A DNA stretch of 62,620 nt, counting the filler. It is 3 parts of 3 records of this genome, joined end to end, with 100 filler letters (N's around TTAATTAATTAA, not from the genome) between each part and the next. Parts side by side here need not be neighbours in the genome. Positions count along the whole stretch, not along the records: positions 30,295 to 57,910 come from SRR20825010_2857; 2 more parts are not named here. The stretch is one strand, 5' to 3'. This document shows positions 39,041 through 49,331 of the stretch, piece by piece. Both the position numbers and the translations under genes were made by a program. The stretch's first letter is position 1; each line of letters opens with the position of its first letter. The notes under the pieces were generated by a model that was not told the DNA's origin, ran no database searches, and worked only from the letters and a program-made list of their open reading frames with translations.

Positions 39041-40231
39041 TTAGTGAGTAGCAAAGTAGTTTTTCACATATTCCTTTGCAGCTGTCGATTTCATATAGCC
39101 GCCAGCAGGAGAAATTCCTTTTGGCGGGATTGGAGCAGACTCAAGCTTCAAGAAGACTGCTTCATACATAGCTTTCTCATGGTCCAATAGCTTACCATCT
39201 TCCACATACCATTCAAAAACACTTATTTCACTGGCTATCCATGGAATATTTCCGCTGTTCTGAACAATCTTGGTATAATGCTCCAATTGTTCATCCATAT
39301 AACCGTTGGAGGTCTCCGCATCAAAAGGAGGAAAAAGTGCAAAATGAATTTCATCAAAACCGCTGTAACTCATTTGATCCCAATAATCAAAGCTCGATCG
39401 TTGATAATTATTGTATAAATGGGCTACAACTATGCCTGTATATTCAGCTTTGACGGTATTCAGTATTTTGGTCTTTACATCATTGGCGAAGGCCAAGATC
39501 TCTTCCTCGGTACTATTAGAAAGAAAACCACCATCGTTAATTCCTCCAACTTCAGCCATAAACAATTCAAACTCAGCGTGCCATGGTATAAATTTTTCGG
39601 CCTTCATTAGCTCTGCCGCTTTGGCTTCAGCCGCCTTTTCTGGTAAATACCTGTCCTCTAACCATGTATAGAATTGAGCCTGTGTTGTAAACTTCTCAAT
39701 ATCTTGATCTGGTGGGTAAAAATGTACAAAGGTATTATAGAGGCCAAGACTCTTCTCGTATAAGTAAAGTACTGTAGTTGCTCGTAATTTTGCGTCTAGA
39801 ATTTCAAGGGGGTACGGAACAGGAATACGGCTTCCGTCAGTCATTGAAAACGGAGGAACATCATTAAAAGTAGACAGTCCTGCTTGACTGCCAAAGTAGC
39901 CCGTTAAAGAATTACTATACTCTAAAACTTGTGGCATCCAGTCCTTCGTAGTATCAAAGGCCCCTTCCTCTCCCGGTAGCCCTGACCAGCCTAGCACTCT
40001 CTTTTCATATGATGGCAATGTTAACCTTTGGGCCGGATCTGTAAATCGTTCAAGTTCTTCCCAAGTTGGAATATAGCTCAAGAGATTGAGTGTGGCGGAT
40101 TTCAAAGAAGTCGTGTCCGAGAAGGAAATTTCTTCTTCCATGTCCTGAGGTTTTTCATCTGGGTCGGTAGAACAGGCGAAAACTGAAACCATTAAGGCCA
40201 GCAAGAGATAATTGTTAATTGACTTTTTCAT
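39041..40231 (-). CDS. Hypothetical lipoprotein (possible TIM-barrel hydrolase fold)
   Basis: Lipobox VFAC-STD; alpha/beta pattern with a WIASE strand; function unknown. Confidence 0.7.
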   Translation of the reverse strand: MKKSINNYLLLALMVSVFACSTDPDEKPQDMEEEISFSDTTSLKSATLNLLSYIPTWEELERFTDPAQRLTLPSYEKRVLGWSGLPGEEGAFDTTKDWMPQVLEYSNSLTGYFGSQAGLSTFNDVPPFSMTDGSRIPVPYPLEILDAKLRATTVLYLYEKSLGLYNTFVHFYPPDQDIEKFTTQAQFYTWLEDRYLPEKAAEAKAAELMKAEKFIPWHAEFELFMAEVGGINDGGFLSNSTEEEILAFANDVKTKILNTVKAEYTGIVVAHLYNNYQRSSFDYWDQMSYSGFDEIHFALFPPFDAETSNGYMDEQLEHYTKIVQNSGNIPWIASEISVFEWYVEDGKLLDHEKAMYEAVFLKLESAPIPPKGISPAGGYMKSTAAKEYVKNYFATH

Positions 40232-40282
40232 TTTGGATGGGTTTAAATTTCTACCACCAAAATAGGGGAATGACTAAATCAG

Positions 40283-40341
40283 ATGTCCGTCATTGTAAGC
40301 CAATGTACGGATTTTGTAAGTTAACGTACTGATTTGATAAG
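40283..40341 (-). promoter_or_regulatory. Three imperfect direct repeats with a 21-bp period (putative LytTR sites)
   Basis: ATGTCCGTCATTGTAAG, ATGTACGGATTTTGTAAG and ACGTACTGATTTGATAAG, ending at 40299, 40320 and 40341. Confidence 0.65.
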
Positions 40342-40353
40342 GTGAAGGAAGGA

Positions 40354-41082
40354 TCAGAGTCTTCTGAGTTGCTTGTATAGCTCTTCTTTAAATGTACGGC
40401 CAACTGGTATTTCCCGTCCTCCTAGTACCGTAATTACTTGTTCCTTCTCATGAATGCTCTCAATTTGATACTTATTTACCGCATATGCCCGATGAGTTTG
40501 AACAAAGGAATCCGAATTCAATTCACTCAGCATGGCCTTGAGTGTATGTCTGGAAACCAATTGATGATCTGAGGTAACCAATTTACAGTAGTTATCTCCA
40601 GCCGATTCAATCCATAAAACATCTTTGATCTGGATCTTCTGAAGCCGATTTCCAGATTTAATAAACACTGCACCATCAATTGTGGTCACTTCCTCTTGAA
40701 CTTCATTTCTTGACTTTGTGGCCAATGCCAAAGTAATGGCTGCTTTCAGATTGTCGGTTTGAATAGGCTTGATCAAATAAGAAACGGGGCCTGTTTCAGC
40801 CGCTTCTTTAATAGTCGCTTCGTCACTAAATGTGGTTGTGAAAATCACGAGAATTTCTCTTTCTGCCTTTAGTGCTTTGGTGAGGGTAATGCCATTGTGT
40901 TTGCCAGGCAAAGAAATATCCATGAGTACCACATCAGGCTTGGCCTTAAGAATTGCAGCAAGAGCCAAATCGGCATTGTCACATTCGCCTGCCAGTTGAA
41001 AGCCTGCTTCTTCCACGCTCAGTTTTGTGTTTTCCGCGTGGAGCAATTCATCTTCTACAACAAAAATACGAATGTCAGACAT
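40354..41082 (-). CDS. LytTR-family response regulator
   Basis: Receiver VVEDE..LMDISL..YLIKP; LytTR WIES.GDNY, FVQTHRAYAVN, IPVGRTFK. Confidence 0.93.
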   Translation of the reverse strand: MSDIRIFVVEDELLHAENTKLSVEEAGFQLAGECDNADLALAAILKAKPDVVLMDISLPGKHNGITLTKALKAEREILVIFTTTFSDEATIKEAAETGPVSYLIKPIQTDNLKAAITLALATKSRNEVQEEVTTIDGAVFIKSGNRLQKIQIKDVLWIESAGDNYCKLVTSDHQLVSRHTLKAMLSELNSDSFVQTHRAYAVNKYQIESIHEKEQVITVLGGREIPVGRTFKEELYKQLRRL

Positions 41083-43100
41083 GGTTTAAAGATATAGAAA
41101 AGACAGTGCCTTCACCTTCCTTGCTTTCGAGTTTAATATCACCACCATTCATTTTAGTAAATTCATATACTAAATTGAGGCCAAGCCCTGTCCCTTTCTC
41201 GTTCCGAGTTCCTCTTCTAATCTTCTCTTCATCAATCTTGAAAATATTATCTAGCAGATGTTCAGGAATTCCCAATCCAGTATCTTTCACTTGAAGCACC
41301 AAATGAGTCCCTTCTATTTTGGTGGTTATTCTTACTTCACCCTGCTCAGTGAATTTTAAGGCATTCGCAATTAAGTTTCTAAGGATTACAAAAATACTAC
41401 CCTTATCGACCAAGATAAACTCATCGGCTGCAACCTCTGAATAAAGCCTCAACCCCTTGGCTAGAGCCAATGGTTGGTAAGTTTGAATGAGCTCTTCTAC
41501 AACTGTAGCGACATTCACCCTCTCGGGCTTGGGCTCATAGCCTTGAAGTTGATCGACAGACCATTGGAGCAAGTTATCCAATAAGTGGCTGAGGTTGTTG
41601 GCATTGTTATCAATTTCAGCAGTTACCTTTTCAACTTTATCTGTATCATTCTTGTCAATGAAGTGCTTTAAAAGCCTTCCAGCACCCTGAAAAGCGATGA
41701 TGTGTCCTCTTAAATCATGGGAGACAATGGCAAAAAATCGATCTTTGGTCTTATTCAGGGTTTCTAATTCACTGTTTTTAGACCTCAGTTCTTTACGGTT
41801 CTGAACAATCTTTCGATAGAAATAAACAACAAGTAAAAGGACGATAATGGCACTCAGTAAAAGGGCAATAAGTAATTTCTTGTCCGAGCTTGCCTTTGCT
41901 AGTTGCAAGTGACTTTAATTCCGTTTCCTGATTAAGTTGGTCTATTTCAATCTCTCGTTTATCAGCTTCATAAAGGGCGCTCAATCGTTCAATTTGCTCT
42001 GCCCGTTCCAACGTATAAATCTCTTTATCCACTTCTTCGTGCAGCAAAGAATAATCATAGGCCCTTTTATAATCTCCCATTGCCAAATACACTTCCCTTA
42101 GGTTCTTATAACTTCCAGAAGTCAGTTCATTGGCCTCCAACCTTAAACCCAATTCCAAAGCCTTTTTCGATATTTCTAGTGCCTTTGCTACTTCACTAGT
42201 TTTGATGTAACCCAAGCCCAAATACATCATACCCAAGCCTTCTGAAAGTTCATTACCCAATTGTTTATTGACATCAATAGACCTAAGCGCATAGGTTATT
42301 GTCTCCGATCCATTTTCTAGTTCAGCATAAACCAACGACAGGTTATTATAAATTTTACCCAAAGAGAATAGGTCATTTTGATCGATAAAGGCTCCTTTAG
42401 CTTCTATTAAATAAAGTAACGCAGCTTCGTACCTACCTTCAGAAATCAGTAAACTTGCCAGACTTGACCTTGCTTTGGCCGCATTGGAAACATCTTCGCC
42501 CTTTACTGCTTCATCCAAAGCTAAAGCATAGTACTCGTTCGCTCGAAGGGTGTCAGACTGGCTTTCATACGTGATTCCAATATTAAGTAGTGTAGAGGCC
42601 AAGTCAACATCGGTAGCAGTTGCTTTACCGCTTCGAACAAGTGCTTCTTTAATACGGACAGATTTGATGAAATTATCCGAGGACTTTAAAAAATCTCCAG
42701 CATACATATAGGTGAGGCCAATATTATTGTAGGCATAGGCAATGTTCATGGAGTCGCTTGCCTCAATATGCAGTTTTAGTGTTTCAGTCATATATGAAAC
42801 AGCCGTTTCATAATCGCCTTTTATCGTATAGGCAATGCCCAAATAACTATTTCCAGTCAGTACATCTCTCTCTAGGTCTCTCTTTTCAGCAATGGTCACT
42901 ACCTGCTCGGCAAAGTAAATGGCAGAATCTACTTTGGTATAAACGTATTGCGCAAAAAGCTGCTTGGCAAGGTTAGAGCGAATAGTATCGTTGTTTTGCT
43001 TAAAAAACTCTGACCTCAAACTATCAGTAACAGTCTGGGACATCGCGGTCCCTGTCCAAAAAACAAAGGAGAGTAGGAGTAGTCTAAAAAATAGCTTCAT
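41075..43100 (-). pseudogene. TPR-sensor histidine kinase split by a single-base frameshift near 41909 (pseudogene or sequencing error)
   Basis: 5' ORF has signal peptide and TPRs; 3' ORF has TM, HDLR H-box, NALKF, D.G.GI and GTGLGL; removing one base gives ELKS-LQLAKASSDKK. Confidence 0.85.
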
Positions 43101-43146
43101 AATAGTTATGCCTTACCTAAAGTAAGCATTTTGACCGCAAAAAATG

Positions 43147-43182
43147 AAAAAGCTCTTTACACCGTCTGTGAAAGAGCTTTTT
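43147..43182. terminator. Orphan terminator-like hairpin between divergent genes
   Basis: AAAAAGCTCTTT..AAAGAGCTTTTT. Confidence 0.7.
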
Positions 43183-43509
43183 GCTGGGTCATTAAAATAA
43201 AAATGGTATTTTCTACATTGTTCAACTCATCGTTTTGCTATGCCGTTTGGATGTAATACGTACTAATGAATGAATACCCTACCTTCTTTATGATTATTCG
43301 ATATTTATATTGTAACAGTTTGTTTTGTTTTTAAAATCAGTCCACTTTATTTATTGGTAATGTATCACTCTATAGGTTCTAAATCTAGGCCTAAGCTAAA
43401 TACTTACACCGACTTCTTATATTGAATAATTCACGATTTGATGATCTAAGGGTTTAGCGACTTAAAACATAAATGCTTAAATTTCATTAGAAATCAAGCC
43501 TTTAAATCC

Positions 43510-44691
43510 ATGAAAATCAGACACATCATCGGACTATTTTTATTCCTAAGCATTCTCAGTTGCGAACAAGAGGAAGAAGCCAATTGGCTCAAAGGAAATT
43601 TGCATACCCACACCTACTGGAGCGATGGAGATGGTTTTCCGGAAATGGTTTTGGATTGGTACAAAAGCAACAACTACCAGTTTATTGCACTTTCGGAACA
43701 CAACATTATTGCCAGAACCGAAAAGTGGAAGAAGATTCCGAAAAGCATGATCTACCAACAAGCTTTTGAAGATTACGTACAGAAATACGGAGAAGATTGG
43801 GTGGAATATAAGGAAGACAGCACAGGCATTAGTGTAAGGCTTAAAACTGAATCTGAATACCGCCCCCTGTTCGAAGAGGAAGGTAAATTCGCAATAATTA
43901 CTGCTCAAGAAATCACCGATGGCTATGGCGGAAAACCATTGCATATGAACGCTACTAATGTTCAGGAGCTTATTCAGCCGAGGCACGGAAACAGCGTAGC
44001 CGAAACAATGCAAAATAATATTGATGCGGTTTTAGAACAAAGAGAAACCACAGGAGCACCTATTATGCCCCATATTAACCACCCCAATTTTGGATGGGCA
44101 GTGACGGTGGAAGACATGAAATCTCTACGTGGTGAACGTTTCTTCGAAGTCTTTAATGGCCACCCGCAAGTGCATAATTATGGAGATTCCACCAGAATGG
44201 GGATGGAAGAAATGTGGGATCAAATCAACATTGCTTACCTGAACAGAAATCAACCTTTGATGTATGGCATCGCTACAGACGATAGTCATAACTATCATTT
44301 ATTTGGTGGGCAGTATAGCAATAGCGGCCGTGGCTGGGTAATGGTAAACAGCAAATCACTTGACGCGAAAGCCATTATTGAAACCATGGAGGCAGGGAAT
44401 TTCTACGCTTCAACTGGGGTAACATTAGCTTCTTTAGAACAAGATGAAAATGAAATCGAATTAGAAGTTAAGGCAGAAGCTGGTGTGAGCTATACCATCG
44501 AGTTTGTTGGGGTAAGAAAAGGAAATGATAAAAGCGAAGTCTTCGAAATGGTGAATGGAACTAAAGCCTCTTTTGAATTGACTAAAGAAATACTCTTTGT
44601 AAGGGCTAGAATCAGCTCGTCAAAAATCAAAGAAAACCCATTTCAAGCAGGAGATTATGAAATGGCTTGGACACAACCAGTTTCGCATTGA
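43510..44691 (+). CDS. PHP-domain metallohydrolase lipoprotein
   Basis: Lipobox ILSC; GNLHTHT.WSDG, SEHN, INHPN and TDDSH metal ligands. Confidence 0.85.
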   Translation: MKIRHIIGLFLFLSILSCEQEEEANWLKGNLHTHTYWSDGDGFPEMVLDWYKSNNYQFIALSEHNIIARTEKWKKIPKSMIYQQAFEDYVQKYGEDWVEYKEDSTGISVRLKTESEYRPLFEEEGKFAIITAQEITDGYGGKPLHMNATNVQELIQPRHGNSVAETMQNNIDAVLEQRETTGAPIMPHINHPNFGWAVTVEDMKSLRGERFFEVFNGHPQVHNYGDSTRMGMEEMWDQINIAYLNRNQPLMYGIATDDSHNYHLFGGQYSNSGRGWVMVNSKSLDAKAIIETMEAGNFYASTGVTLASLEQDENEIELEVKAEAGVSYTIEFVGVRKGNDKSEVFEMVNGTKASFELTKEILFVRARISSSKIKENPFQAGDYEMAWTQPVSH

Positions 44692-44699
44692 TTAAAGGG

Positions 44700-45098
44700 T
44701 CATTTCCTCTTTTCAAACACCACCAACCCCGAAGCATTTTTCTCATATTTAGCAATGTATGAGTTGTTAAACTCTGCTGAAAAGTTGACATCGCCACCAC
44801 TTACTTTTGTTGGCGTTGGACTGCCTTCGGGGAAGAAATAGACTTTCGTATTACCGAATTTAGTGTGAAGCATATAATTGCCGTAAGCTTCCATCTCAGC
44901 ATTTTCATGATCAGCCACCGTAACAATATACACCCGAACGACCGGGCCAGTATTGTTTTCGTTACGGTAAAAAACCACTTCGGTAAAACCGCCTTTGAGA
45001 TCAGAAACGGAAGGCTGGCTAAAGGATTGCCACATGGTGATAACCACCACAATACCAATCACTACAATCATAGCCGTTCTGTACTTTCGCATTTCCAT
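44700..45098 (-). CDS. Hypothetical membrane-anchored protein
   Basis: N-terminal TM; YRNENNTGPV motif; follows DUF58 in the operon. Confidence 0.7.
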   Translation of the reverse strand: MEMRKYRTAMIVVIGIVVVITMWQSFSQPSVSDLKGGFTEVVFYRNENNTGPVVRVYIVTVADHENAEMEAYGNYMLHTKFGNTKVYFFPEGSPTPTKVSGGDVNFSAEFNNSYIAKYEKNASGLVVFEKRK

Positions 45099-45100
45099 AA

Positions 45101-46432
45101 TTAGATCAGTCCTCTAGATTTCAATTCAAGGTACTTGTTAATGGTGTTAACGCTCAACTCCTTTGGAGGAGTTAAAATAGTATGAATCCCATGGGCCTGA
45201 AGCTCTTTCATAATCAGCTTCTTTTCATAGGCCAATTGCTCTGCAATGCCTTTTGTATACACCCCTTCCAAAGAATCCGCTTTAGTTTCAATGAGTTCCT
45301 TCACTTCCGTATTTTCAAAGAAAATGCACACCAATAAGTGTTGCTGATTGATTTTTCTGAGGTAAAGCAATTGTCTTTGCAAGGAGGAAAGCGAAACAAA
45401 ATTAGTGTACAGTAGAATAAGACTTCTCTGTGTCACCTTTCGTTTTAGAGAAATATAAAGCTGTGAAAAGTCACTTTCTTTATAGGCTGTTTTCTGCTTA
45501 TAAAGATGTTCTAAAATTAAATTCAGCTGCATATTTCGAGAGGAAGCTGGCAAAACTGAATTCACTTTATGCTGAAAAGTCACTAAACCAGCCTTGTCTC
45601 CCTTTTTCAGGGCGATGTTAGAAATCACCAAACTGGCATTAATTGCATAATCCAGTAAACTCATGCCCTCAAAAGGCATTTGCATCATTCGGCCTTTATC
45701 AATAACAGAGTACACCTGCTGCGAGCGTTCCTCCTGAAACTGGTTGATCATCAACTCTGATCTTCGGGCAGAGGCTTTCCAATTGATTTTTCGGTAATCG
45801 TCACCAGCCACATAGTTTTTGATTTGCTCAAATTCCATGTTATTCCCAATCCTTCTAATTTTCTTGATGCCACTTTGCTGCAATTGGTTCGAAATGGCGA
45901 GCAGTTCATACTTCCTCATTTGAATAAAGGAAGGATATACTGAAACCGCTTTGGGCTGTCCCAATTGAAACCTCCTTTTCACAATGCCCAATTTCGTAAG
46001 CACAAAGGCATTGATGATTCCGAACTCGTATTCGCCACGCTTTACAGGCCGAAGCGAATAACTAATATTTTTGACCTCACCTGGTTTTAAAGTCAGGTCA
46101 AATTGTTGGTTTCGGATTTGAAACTGAACGGGCAATTCATCAAAAACCTGAATAAAAACCTGTTGTTGAAATCGGTGTTCAAGAATAATCTGAACAGGGT
46201 TTTCGTCTCCGTTAGAAAACTTATCTGCCAAGTTTCTTTCCGCTACCAAAGGGCTTTTTTGCTTGAATAAAAGTAGGGTATCGAGCAATAGCAAGGCTAA
46301 GGCCAGATAGAAAAGCGTTTCTGCAATGGCGGCTACAGCGGGAATAGCAAAACCGACCATGAACAAAAACACCAAAGCACCTGCTGTGGCAAAAAAACGA
46401 TTGGTGAGATAGAAAGACTTGATGTGATTCAT
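45101..46432 (-). CDS. DUF58-domain protein (MoxR partner)
   Basis: EFEQIKNY..GDDYRKINWKASAR; ID.GR.M vWA-like motif. Confidence 0.92.
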   Translation of the reverse strand: MNHIKSFYLTNRFFATAGALVFLFMVGFAIPAVAAIAETLFYLALALLLLDTLLLFKQKSPLVAERNLADKFSNGDENPVQIILEHRFQQQVFIQVFDELPVQFQIRNQQFDLTLKPGEVKNISYSLRPVKRGEYEFGIINAFVLTKLGIVKRRFQLGQPKAVSVYPSFIQMRKYELLAISNQLQQSGIKKIRRIGNNMEFEQIKNYVAGDDYRKINWKASARRSELMINQFQEERSQQVYSVIDKGRMMQMPFEGMSLLDYAINASLVISNIALKKGDKAGLVTFQHKVNSVLPASSRNMQLNLILEHLYKQKTAYKESDFSQLYISLKRKVTQRSLILLYTNFVSLSSLQRQLLYLRKINQQHLLVCIFFENTEVKELIETKADSLEGVYTKGIAEQLAYEKKLIMKELQAHGIHTILTPPKELSVNTINKYLELKSRGLI

Positions 46433-47409
46433 TAACGTGGCACTTCAGTTTTAGCTACCAACTGATTGATAACCTCCTCGGCCGTAACACCTTCCATTTC
46501 CTTTTCAGGCGTAAGTATAATTCTATGGGTGAGTACAGGAGACGCCAAGAATTTAATATCCTCTGGCGTTACAAAATCACGACCTTGAATGGCGGCAAAA
46601 GCCCTTGCTCCATTGAGCAAAGCCAAAGAAGCGCGAGGTGAAGCTCCCAAATAAATAGAATGATCATGGCGTGTTTGGGTCACGATTTCAGCGATGTATC
46701 TGAGTAGTTTTTCGTCTACCACAATATCGGTGAGCGTAGCGCGATAGTCTGCAATGTCTTGGGCATTAAGCACTTTGGAAATTTCATCCAGTTGTCCGCC
46801 TTTTCTAGCCGCATGACGCGTTAGAATTTCAGTTTCATCATCTAATGAAGGATAGCCAATTTCAATTTTGAATAAAAAACGATCGAGCTGTGCTTCTGGT
46901 AATCGATAAGTTCCTTCTTGCTCTATTGGATTTTGTGTAGCCAAAACAATGTAAGGCGTTTTCATTTTATGCGTAATTCCATCCACAGAAACCTGACGTT
47001 CTTCCATCACTTCAAAAAGAGCGGCCTGCGTTTTTGCAGGGGCTCGGTTGATTTCATCGATGAGTACAAGGTTTGAGAAAACAGGCCCTTTTCTGAATTC
47101 AAACTCTGAGGTTTTAACATTGAAGATTGAGGTGCCAAGCACATCTGAAGGCATAAGGTCGGGTGTAAACTGAACCCGGGAAAAATCCACATCTATACTT
47201 TTCGCCACTAGTTTAGAAGCCAGTGTTTTGGCTACGCCTGGCACTCCTTCTAAAAGAATGTGACCATCCGCAAGTATGGCAGTCAGGATCAAATCAACCA
47301 TTTTCTTCTGACCCACGATTACTTTGCCAATCTCTTCCCGGATTTGTTCTACACCAGCTTTTAGTTTTGTCAGGTCAACCCTGCTTTCGAATGTATCTTG
47401 ATTTTCCAT
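46432..47409 (-). CDS. MoxR-family AAA+ ATPase
   Basis: GVPGVAKT, RVQFTPDLMPSD, DEINRAPAKTQAAL, ATQNPIEQEGTY.LPEAQLDRF. Confidence 0.96.
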   Translation of the reverse strand: MENQDTFESRVDLTKLKAGVEQIREEIGKVIVGQKKMVDLILTAILADGHILLEGVPGVAKTLASKLVAKSIDVDFSRVQFTPDLMPSDVLGTSIFNVKTSEFEFRKGPVFSNLVLIDEINRAPAKTQAALFEVMEERQVSVDGITHKMKTPYIVLATQNPIEQEGTYRLPEAQLDRFLFKIEIGYPSLDDETEILTRHAARKGGQLDEISKVLNAQDIADYRATLTDIVVDEKLLRYIAEIVTQTRHDHSIYLGASPRASLALLNGARAFAAIQGRDFVTPEDIKFLASPVLTHRIILTPEKEMEGVTAEEVINQLVAKTEVPR

Positions 47410-47412
47410 ATG

Positions 47413-48618
47413 CTATGCTATTCCGTAAAATTCGTTCATTAATTTTTCCATCAGTAGAAGTTCACCTTCTTCGATCATATTATTTGCCTCCACTCGCTCA
47501 ACCAGTTCCACCAAAGCGAATACCGTAGTCTTTTCAGCGCCAGACTTTCTCGTCAATTCTAACTTAAAAGCTTCACCCAGCTTATCTGTTCTCAGCGTAT
47601 AATGGCTTCTTACAAAGTCTTTCCAAAACAAAATTCTTTTTTGCGCCAGGTTCTTATGGTTATTCTGCTGATGATAAAGTTGCCCCAATGTCTTCACAAA
47701 GTCGAGGGTTGCATTTTTAACTGGCGGAATCACGGCTATGATGCGCTGCCTTCTTTTTGATTCAAACAAAATGAAAATAAGCATTGTAGCCAAAAGGATA
47801 TAAATAGCCCATCTTAAGGCAGGGTAGCTCAACAAAGCCCTGATTTCAGATTGAGATTCTAACTTGCCCATTTGATAGTATTCCACGTGCAATAGCGGTT
47901 CATCTTTAGGAAAAAGGCTTAATAAGGAAGAGGTAAAAGTCGAAGTTTCCTCTTGCAACACAAAGTAATTGGTGAAAGCCAAGGGCATGCTGCTCAAATA
48001 TAAATTCCCTAAGCCATTGTGATATTTAATCAAAACGGGCTTGCCATCTTCTCGCCAGGCCATTTCAGTAATACTATCGTTTTCTATAGAGTGGAAAAAA
48101 GCGTCTGTCACTAAAGTGGGGAACACAAAACGCTCTTCCTCTCCATTTGGGTACGCAAAACGCACGATGTTTTTAGTTCCTTCAGCCAATTGATTCTCTA
48201 CTTCTGATAAATCAAACTGGTTTATCCGTTTGTCCAACTGCGTTTCAAAATTCAAAGAATCCTCAATGTCCGACACAAAGTCTTGTGTTGCCAATACTAC
48301 AGTACGCCCCTTTTCTACATGGGTTAAAAGCGAAGCAATATCATTTTCACTTAAAATCAAATCGCTACTAATCACTAAAATGTTATCACCTATTGTGTCT
48401 TGTTCTACCAACTCATAGATGGTTTTATAGCTTGAAGGCACTTCTTCTGAATCGAAAAGGTCTTTCATTAAATCGTGGGTAGCAAAGGTGCCAAAAGGAA
48501 TGCGGTCGCGAGAATGAAAGGTAATAGACCAGTCTTCTGGCGTAGGCTTTTGCATTTCGTAAACCACGTAAATGGCTAAAATGACGATAAAGAATATTAG
48601 GTACTTTTTGTCTTTCAT
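47413..48618 (-). CDS. DUF4350-domain membrane protein
   Basis: N-terminal TM, PFGT motif, second TM followed by KRRQRII; position in the MoxR cluster. Confidence 0.78.
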   Translation of the reverse strand: MKDKKYLIFFIVILAIYVVYEMQKPTPEDWSITFHSRDRIPFGTFATHDLMKDLFDSEEVPSSYKTIYELVEQDTIGDNILVISSDLILSENDIASLLTHVEKGRTVVLATQDFVSDIEDSLNFETQLDKRINQFDLSEVENQLAEGTKNIVRFAYPNGEEERFVFPTLVTDAFFHSIENDSITEMAWREDGKPVLIKYHNGLGNLYLSSMPLAFTNYFVLQEETSTFTSSLLSLFPKDEPLLHVEYYQMGKLESQSEIRALLSYPALRWAIYILLATMLIFILFESKRRQRIIAVIPPVKNATLDFVKTLGQLYHQQNNHKNLAQKRILFWKDFVRSHYTLRTDKLGEAFKLELTRKSGAEKTTVFALVELVERVEANNMIEEGELLLMEKLMNEFYGIA

Positions 48619-49331
48619 TTTTTCGAAGACTTTAAAGATCCAATACTCTCCAAGTGTGTTTTGGCTTTGGCCACCATCGTTTCGTTTGCTTCAAAATGAC
48701 CATACCAAGTATAATCAAAAAGAAAGCTGAGTTTTGCGAAATCCTGTTCTATGCTGTGACCAGATAATTCATAAAGGTATTCATGGTTAGTCTTACCCTT
48801 TCGAATGGCGATCAGGTTGGCATCTGAAATACGCTTTAAGGCATAGAGGTAAGTTAATCGCAATGCAATTCTCCATTGTGTCTGATTTATGGCTTGTTGA
48901 ATCTCACTTTCGAAATCAATATCGTTCAGTGCTTCTTCATCTACCTGATAAGGCTTTGCTTCTTTAGGAGTCTTTTTAAACAGGGTATTGGATTGAATTC
49001 CGGTGAGTTTTACAATGAAAAACACAAAAGCTATAATAAGCAATATATAGAAGAGAATTTCCAAAATTCCGCTTGTAATTGCTGAACCGAAAAGACTATT
49101 GAACCAACCTACAATTCTATCCCAAAGCCGCTCCAGAAAACCCTTTTCCTTGGCCTTATACACTTCATACTGAAAGCGCTTATCGCCCCTGTACTCTTCG
49201 AGTTTTTCAGCATCAAAGCTCCTTAACTCCGTTTGAGGAGAATGAATAGGACTAGCCGCCATGACTGAGGTGCCTGCGAAAGCGAATTGCAGGGTAAGAA
49301 TTAAGAAAAACAGATTAATATGTCTCTTCAT
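48615..49331 (-). CDS. DUF4129-domain protein
   Basis: ALRLTYL..L, KTNHEY and FDYTWYG motifs; ATG 49331 preferred. Confidence 0.78.
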   Translation of the reverse strand: MKRHINLFFLILTLQFAFAGTSVMAASPIHSPQTELRSFDAEKLEEYRGDKRFQYEVYKAKEKGFLERLWDRIVGWFNSLFGSAITSGILEILFYILLIIAFVFFIVKLTGIQSNTLFKKTPKEAKPYQVDEEALNDIDFESEIQQAINQTQWRIALRLTYLYALKRISDANLIAIRKGKTNHEYLYELSGHSIEQDFAKLSFLFDYTWYGHFEANETMVAKAKTHLESIGSLKSSKK

